Assembly: GCA_947495915.1 (NCBI GenBank)
Contig: CANMAW010000006.1
Span: 170,882-234,881, forward strand
Source of the DNA: Maribacter algarum (ex Lu et al. 2025) (nom. illeg.)
GTDB taxonomy: Bacteria > Bacteroidota > Bacteroidia > Flavobacteriales > Flavobacteriaceae
DNA: 64,000 bases
Reading direction: 5' to 3'
Of this stretch, positions 59,261 to 64,000 are shown in pieces. Position 1 is the first letter of the stretch. Each line of letters starts with the position of its first letter. The notes beneath the pieces were generated by a model that did not search any database, was not told the origin of the DNA, and saw only the letters and a program-made list of their open reading frames with translations. The translations under genes and the position numbers were made by a program.

Positions 59261-59839
59261 TTAATTTATTTTAAAAACCCGCTTGATTGCTTGGGTTTCA
59301 ACTTGCGTGCGAAGTTTGGTAAATGCCTTCTGTAGTGTGTTTTGAACACTCTGATAAGAAATATTCATTACTTCTGAAATTTCTCTTGTTGACATTGAAC
59401 TATAATACTTTAGATAAATTACTTCTCGCTGACGTGTAGATAATTCATTAAGAAGTTGTACTAAGGTTTTTATTTTAATTCTTGAAAACTCTTGTTCTAC
59501 CATAAGCTCTTCTGCTGAAAACTCAAAGTCTTTAGAATTTTCAAATACAGTTTCATAAGTAGTAAATTTTCGTTCTTTTTTAAGAAGCTTAAATAATGAT
59601 CTTCGAAACGAAACAAATAAATAAGATTTAATTTGAGTCACAGCACTCAAATTTTTTCGATTATCATGCAAATAAACAAAGAAGTTCTGTAAACAATCTT
59701 CTGTTAACGTTGGGTTTCCTGAAATTTTTAATCCGTAATTATGAAGCGCCTCGTAATGGGTTTTAAATATTGTAGAAAAAGCGTTAAGATCACCTTCTAC
59801 AAATAATTGCCATATAGATGTTTCTAAGGTTTCGCTCAT
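59261..59839 (-). CDS. ECF-type RNA polymerase sigma-70 factor
   Basis: 192 aa. Region 2 (FKTHYEALHNYGLKI...EDCLQNFFVYL) and region 4 HTH (QREVIYLKYYSSMSTREISEVMNISYQSVQNTLQKA). Confidence 0.85.
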   Translation of the reverse strand: MSETLETSIWQLFVEGDLNAFSTIFKTHYEALHNYGLKISGNPTLTEDCLQNFFVYLHDNRKNLSAVTQIKSYLFVSFRRSLFKLLKKERKFTTYETVFENSKDFEFSAEELMVEQEFSRIKIKTLVQLLNELSTRQREVIYLKYYSSMSTREISEVMNISYQSVQNTLQKAFTKLRTQVETQAIKRVFKIN

Positions 59840-60048
59840 AAATTTTATTGAGGAGATTATGGCAATGTATTAAAATTTATTAAAACAATGTTAAATCGTG
59901 TGTATTTTTTAATGTTTTGGTTAAATATTTACGAAATCAATAATTGAACTATCCTTTTTCTGTTTAGACTATTTTATTTTGATTCATATTTTATCAATAT
60001 TTACATATTTTGAAAATGAAATGATATCTTCTTTTCGAAGGTAAGAAC

Positions 60049-60056
60049 TATATTTG
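60049..60056 (+). promoter_or_regulatory. -7 box TATATTTG upstream of ychF
   Basis: A TAnnTTTG match 64 nt upstream of the ychF ATG, embedded in CTATATTTGCATCCG. That sequence nearly duplicates the tRNA-His promoter core CTACATTTGCATCCG. Confidence 0.45.
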
Positions 60057-60119
60057 CATCCGAATTAAATAAAACAATGGGGAAAGCCCTAATTTGTTGA
60101 CTTATTAGATGTAATTATT

Positions 60120-61214
60120 ATGAAAGCAGGTATCGTAGGTTTACCCAATGTTGGAAAATCAACCCTTTTTAATTGTTTATCAAATGCAAAAGCGCAAAGT
60201 GCCAATTTTCCGTTTTGTACCATTGAGCCAAATATTGGAATTGTTAATGTGCCTGATGAACGGCTTCAAAAACTTGAAGGTTTGGTAAACCCTGAAAAAG
60301 TGTTACCTGCTACAGTAGAAATTGTTGATATTGCTGGCTTGGTAAAAGGGGCAAGTAAAGGAGAAGGCTTAGGGAATCAATTTTTAGGAAATATTAGAGA
60401 AACTGATGCCATTTTACATGTTTTACGTTGCTTTGATAATGATAATATCGTTCATGTTGACGGCTCAGTTGACCCAATTAGGGATAAAGAAACCATTGAT
60501 ATGGAACTGCAGTTGAAAGATTTAGAAACTGTAGAAAAAAAACTAGACAAAGTAAAAAGAGCAGCAAAAACCGGAAATAAAGAAGCACAAAAAGAAGAAG
60601 CAGTACTTTTAGCAATTAAAACCGGTTTAGAAGCGGGCAAATCTGTTAGGGCTGTAGATCTTTCTTCTGAAGATCGTATAGAATATGTGAATCCATTACA
60701 ATTTATTACAGATAAACCAGCACTATATGTGTGTAATGTAGATGAAGATGCCGCTGCTTCTGGTAACGCATATGTTGATAAAGTAAAAGCAGCCGTAGCA
60801 CATGAAAACGCTGAAGTTATTGTTTTGGCTGTCGGTACAGAGGCAGACATTACAGAGTTAGAAACCTATGAAGAACGCCAAATGTTTTTAGAAGATTTAG
60901 GACTCAAAGAACCAGGTTCTGCTAAGTTAATTCGAGGAGCATACAAACTCTTAAATCTTGAAACGTATTTCACCGCTGGTGAAAAAGAAGTTCGCGCTTG
61001 GACTATACCGGTAGGTGCAACCGCACCCCAAGCTGCAGGTGTGATTCATACTGATTTTGAGAAAGGATTCATTAGAGCTGAAGTAATAGCTTATGATGAT
61101 TACATTTCTTTCGGTAGTGAAGCTAAGGTGAAAGAAGCGGGTAAAATGAGAGTGGAAGGTAAAGATTATATTGTTAAAGACGGCGATGTTATGCATTTTC
61201 GTTTTAACGTATAA
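60120..61214 (+). CDS. ychF: Ribosome-binding ATPase YchF
   Basis: [16 protein letters not shown]-loop, [10 protein letters not shown], and a C-terminal TGS-like domain ending [11 protein letters not shown]. Confidence 0.9.
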   Translation: MKAGIVGLPNVGKSTLFNCLSNAKAQSANFPFCTIEPNIGIVNVPDERLQKLEGLVNPEKVLPATVEIVDIAGLVKGASKGEGLGNQFLGNIRETDAILHVLRCFDNDNIVHVDGSVDPIRDKETIDMELQLKDLETVEKKLDKVKRAAKTGNKEAQKEEAVLLAIKTGLEAGKSVRAVDLSSEDRIEYVNPLQFITDKPALYVCNVDEDAAASGNAYVDKVKAAVAHENAEVIVLAVGTEADITELETYEERQMFLEDLGLKEPGSAKLIRGAYKLLNLETYFTAGEKEVRAWTIPVGATAPQAAGVIHTDFEKGFIRAEVIAYDDYISFGSEAKVKEAGKMRVEGKDYIVKDGDVMHFRFNV

Positions 61215-61291
61215 CATTTTTTTGGCAATGAACTTCGTATTAAATTGAAGCTCATTAAAATATAATCAAGAGTGCATTCTACTTTTGATAT

Positions 61292-62194
61292 ATGTTTAAA
61301 CGATTATCAAGTAGAGAAGTAGCTATATTTTTTGCGATTACCGGTGTTGTTCTTTTTTCTGCAAAGGCAGTAATGGTAAAGTTGGCATATACATACCACG
61401 TCGACCATATAGCGCTGCTTTTATTTCGAATGCTATTTGCGTTACCTTTCTATTTGGCTATTGCAATTTTCAATAAACCGAATGTAGTGCAAAAGCCAAA
61501 TTCGAAAGATTTCTTGTGGTTAATTATATTTGGGTTTTTAGGGTACTATTTAGCAAGCCTTTTTGACTTTATGGGTCTGCAATATATAAAGGCTGGTTTA
61601 GAGCGTATCATATTATTTATTTATCCCACCATTGTAGTGATGCTCTCTTGGCTTTTTTTCAATAAAAAGTTAAGACAAAATCAATTGTTGGCGATCTTAA
61701 TTACCTACATTGGTGTTCTTATTACTTTTTGGGATGAAATTGGAATTGGTGGAGACAACGTTTACTGGGGGGCTTTTTTGATTTTTCTTAGTGCTTTTAC
61801 CTATGCTTCCTATTTAGTTGGTAGCGGGTGGTTAATTCCGAAGTTTGGAGTACTACGATTTACTTCTTACGCCATGATAGTATCTACATTTTTTGTGATT
61901 TTGCATTATGTTCTAACAGCTGATTTTAACTTATTTAATTATCCGAAGGAAGTCTATTTATTAGGCGCCGCAATGGCCATTTTCTCTACCCTTATTCCAT
62001 CATTTTTGGTATCTGAAGCTATTCGAAGATTAGGCGCTTCAACCTTTTCGATTTTTGGAAGTTTAGGTCCAATTTCTACAATAATTTTAGCATTCTTCTT
62101 TTTAAATGAGCGAATTACTTTTCTACAAATCTTTGGTATGCTAGTCGTGATAACAGGGGTAACTTTAGTATCTAGAAAGAAACAAACCAGTTAA
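61292..62194 (+). CDS. DMT superfamily transporter (EamA family)
   Basis: 300 aa with ten TM helices arranged as two EamA-like halves. Confidence 0.75.
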   Translation: MFKRLSSREVAIFFAITGVVLFSAKAVMVKLAYTYHVDHIALLLFRMLFALPFYLAIAIFNKPNVVQKPNSKDFLWLIIFGFLGYYLASLFDFMGLQYIKAGLERIILFIYPTIVVMLSWLFFNKKLRQNQLLAILITYIGVLITFWDEIGIGGDNVYWGAFLIFLSAFTYASYLVGSGWLIPKFGVLRFTSYAMIVSTFFVILHYVLTADFNLFNYPKEVYLLGAAMAIFSTLIPSFLVSEAIRRLGASTFSIFGSLGPISTIILAFFFLNERITFLQIFGMLVVITGVTLVSRKKQTS

Positions 62195-62325
62195 TTACGA
62201 AGGTTTATGCCAAGTAATATATCAACAATACTTATGTATTCTTTGTTAATTACTTTATAGCAAGGTTGTTTTATTTTTTTTAAACTCGTATTATCTTAGC
62301 GAACCTAGCTTAATATTCCCATAAC

Positions 62326-64000
62326 ATGGCAGAAAACACCCAGTATACCGAAGACAACATTCGTTCGCTCGATTGGAAAGAGCATATTCGCATGCGACCT
62401 GGTATGTATATTGGTAAACTAGGTGACGGTTCTTCAGCTGATGATGGGGTGTACATTCTTCTGAAAGAAGTTATCGATAACTGTATCGACGAATTCGTTA
62501 TGGGGGCGGGTAAGACGATTGAAATTCGAATTAAAGATGGCTTGGTTAAGGTACGGGATTACGGTCGTGGTATTCCTCTCGGTAAAGTTGTAGATGTTGT
62601 ATCTAAAATGAATACAGGAGGTAAATATGACTCCCGTGCGTTTAAGAAATCTGTTGGGTTGAACGGCGTAGGTACCAAAGCAGTGAATGCTTTATCTAGT
62701 TTTTTTGAAGTTCAGTCTTCTCGTGATAATCAAATTAAGGTAGCTGAGTTTAGTCAAGGAAATTTACTAAAGGAAGAAGGCCCAATAGAATCTTCGCAAC
62801 GAAAAGGTACCAAGGTAACTTTTAGACCTGACGAAACCATATTTAAAAAATTCAAGTACCGTGTAGAATTTGTAGAACGTATGTTGAAAAACTACGTGTA
62901 TTTGAACCCAGGATTAACTATTGATTTTAATGGAGAAAAATATCATTCTGAAAACGGACTTAAAGATCTTTTAGAAGATAATAATAATACCGAAGACTTT
63001 TTGTATCCGGTAATTCATTTGAAGGGTGATGATATTGAAATCGCAATAACGCATAGTAAAACACAATATAGTGAAGAGTATCATTCGTTTGTAAACGGTC
63101 AAAATACCACACAAGGTGGTACACATCAAACAGCATTTCGTGAAGCATTAGTAAAAACCATTAGAGAATTTTATGGTAAAAACTATGATCCTTCCGATAT
63201 TCGAAAATCTATTATTTCAGCTATTTCCATAAAAGTTATGGAGCCCGTTTTCGAAAGTCAAACGAAGACAAAACTGGGTTCTACAGATATGGGTGGAGAT
63301 CTACCAACTGTACGAACATACATCAATGATTTTGTGGGTAAATATCTTGACAATTATTTGCACAAGAATCCAGATACCAGAGAGGCTTTACAACGAAAAA
63401 TATTACAAGCAGAAAGAGAGCGAAAAGAATTGTCAGGTATTCGTAAGCTAGCCAAAGACAGGGCGAAGAAAGCAAATTTACACAATAAGAAATTACGTGA
63501 TTGTCGTATTCATTTAGGGGATACCAAAAAAGATAGAAATCTAGAAAGTACACTCTTTATTACTGAGGGAGATTCGGCTTCAGGTTCTATTACAAAATCA
63601 CGTGATGTAAATACACAGGCTGTTTTTAGTTTGAAAGGTAAGCCTCTAAATTCATACGGGTTATCGAAAAAGATCGTGTATGAAAATGAAGAATTTAACC
63701 TGTTGCAAGCTGCTTTGAATATTGAAGATTCTATGGAAGACTTGCGATACAATAATATTGTTATCGCAACAGATGCTGATGTTGATGGTATGCACATTCG
63801 TTTACTTTTGATTACTTTCTTTTTACAATTCTTTCCAGAATTAATAAAACAAGATCATTTGTATATTTTGCAAACCCCTTTATTTCGAGTTCGAAATAAA
63901 AAGGAAACCATTTATTGCTACAGTGATGAAGAGCGCAGAGATGCTATTCAAAAACTAACAGGCAAACCTGAAATCACACGATTTAAAGGTTTAGGAGAAA
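62326..64000 (+). CDS. parE: Type IIA DNA topoisomerase subunit B (ParE-like topoisomerase IV B), 3' end outside window
   Basis: Hand translation from the ATG at 62326: [35 protein letters not shown]...[11 protein letters not shown] (GHKL ATPase), Toprim EGDSASGS and [15 protein letters not shown], with RFKGLGE at the window end. It is missing from the ORF track because there is no stop in the window. The ParE versus GyrB call rests on the N-terminal pattern only. Confidence 0.8.
   Translation, partial: MAENTQYTEDNIRSLDWKEHIRMRPGMYIGKLGDGSSADDGVYILLKEVIDNCIDEFVMGAGKTIEIRIKDGLVKVRDYGRGIPLGKVVDVVSKMNTGGKYDSRAFKKSVGLNGVGTKAVNALSSFFEVQSSRDNQIKVAEFSQGNLLKEEGPIESSQRKGTKVTFRPDETIFKKFKYRVEFVERMLKNYVYLNPGLTIDFNGEKYHSENGLKDLLEDNNNTEDFLYPVIHLKGDDIEIAITHSKTQYSEEYHSFVNGQNTTQGGTHQTAFREALVKTIREFYGKNYDPSDIRKSIISAISIKVMEPVFESQTKTKLGSTDMGGDLPTVRTYINDFVGKYLDNYLHKNPDTREALQRKILQAERERKELSGIRKLAKDRAKKANLHNKKLRDCRIHLGDTKKDRNLESTLFITEGDSASGSITKSRDVNTQAVFSLKGKPLNSYGLSKKIVYENEEFNLLQAALNIEDSMEDLRYNNIVIATDADVDGMHIRLLLITFFLQFFPELIKQDHLYILQTPLFRVRNKKETIYCYSDEERRDAIQKLTGKPEITRFKGLGE

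Noticed and set aside
61215-61291. Hairpin AATGAACTTC...GAAGCTCATT after ychF as a terminator
   Set aside because: The stem has an internal mismatch, the loop is 10 nt, and no T-run follows. It is too weak to annotate.
62960-63797. Three minus-strand ORFs (62960..63148, 63323..63553, 63510..63797) in a stretch where the track lists no plus-strand ORF
   Set aside because: The plus strand here encodes an uninterrupted ParE/GyrB-type protein (62326 to the window end) with Toprim and GHKL motifs. The track omits it only because it has no stop in the window. The minus-strand ORFs are antisense artefacts.
1-64000. CRISPR arrays, IS elements, prophage or defence-system genes
   Set aside because: I found no regularly spaced repeats, no transposase, integrase or recombinase-like ORFs, and no nuclease/ATPase/methylase combinations. 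Every large ORF has a plausible metabolic, envelope or housekeeping assignment.

Overview
This 64 kb window looks like ordinary chromosome from a low-GC Bacteroidota organism, probably a marine Flavobacteriaceae. That assignment is inferred from several things: a bshB1 bacillithiol gene, many lipoprotein signal peptides, TonB-dependent receptors with ECF-sigma/FecR control, -33 TTTG / -7 TAnnTTTG promoter boxes, and no obvious Shine-Dalgarno use. I can support about 60 protein-coding genes, including two cut by the window edges (ccsA-like at the 5' end, parE-like at the 3' end), plus one tRNA-His and several clear rho-independent terminators. I saw no rRNA, CRISPR array, transposase, integrase, phage genes or recognisable defence genes, so I cannot honestly point to a clear novel system.

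Recognisable modules:
- A complete trans-4-hydroxy-L-proline catabolic operon with a divergent AraC regulator and a putative direct-repeat operator.
- cydAB.
- Two tandem orphan TPR sensor kinases.
- A SorA-like Tat-exported molybdoenzyme operon that also carries an ACT-domain protein, a monoheme cytochrome c and a fatty-acid hydroxylase.
- A TonB-receptor module flanked by a small His/Cys-motif membrane protein and an acidic lipoprotein.
- An ECF sigma/FecR/STN-TonB receptor cell-surface signalling unit.
- serA-serC, folE, ychF and a lolD-CPBP-TIGR02757 operon.

The best candidates for something undescribed are modest:
- A tightly packed, co-directional string of about 11 genes (24.9-31.9 kb). 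It mixes hydrolases, a nitrilase and an EcsC-like protein with four consecutive small membrane ORFs, including a tandem paralog pair and a possible frameshift.
- The metal-type TonB module at 45.4-48.8 kb.
- The unusual SorA-ACT-cytochrome c-hydroxylase operon.
- Several cis-elements: the AraC-type direct repeats, a palindromic back-to-back -7 box pair, a structured leader before the MATE gene, and a terminator fused to a leaderless-type promoter.

All functional calls come from motif recognition by eye. No database search was possible.
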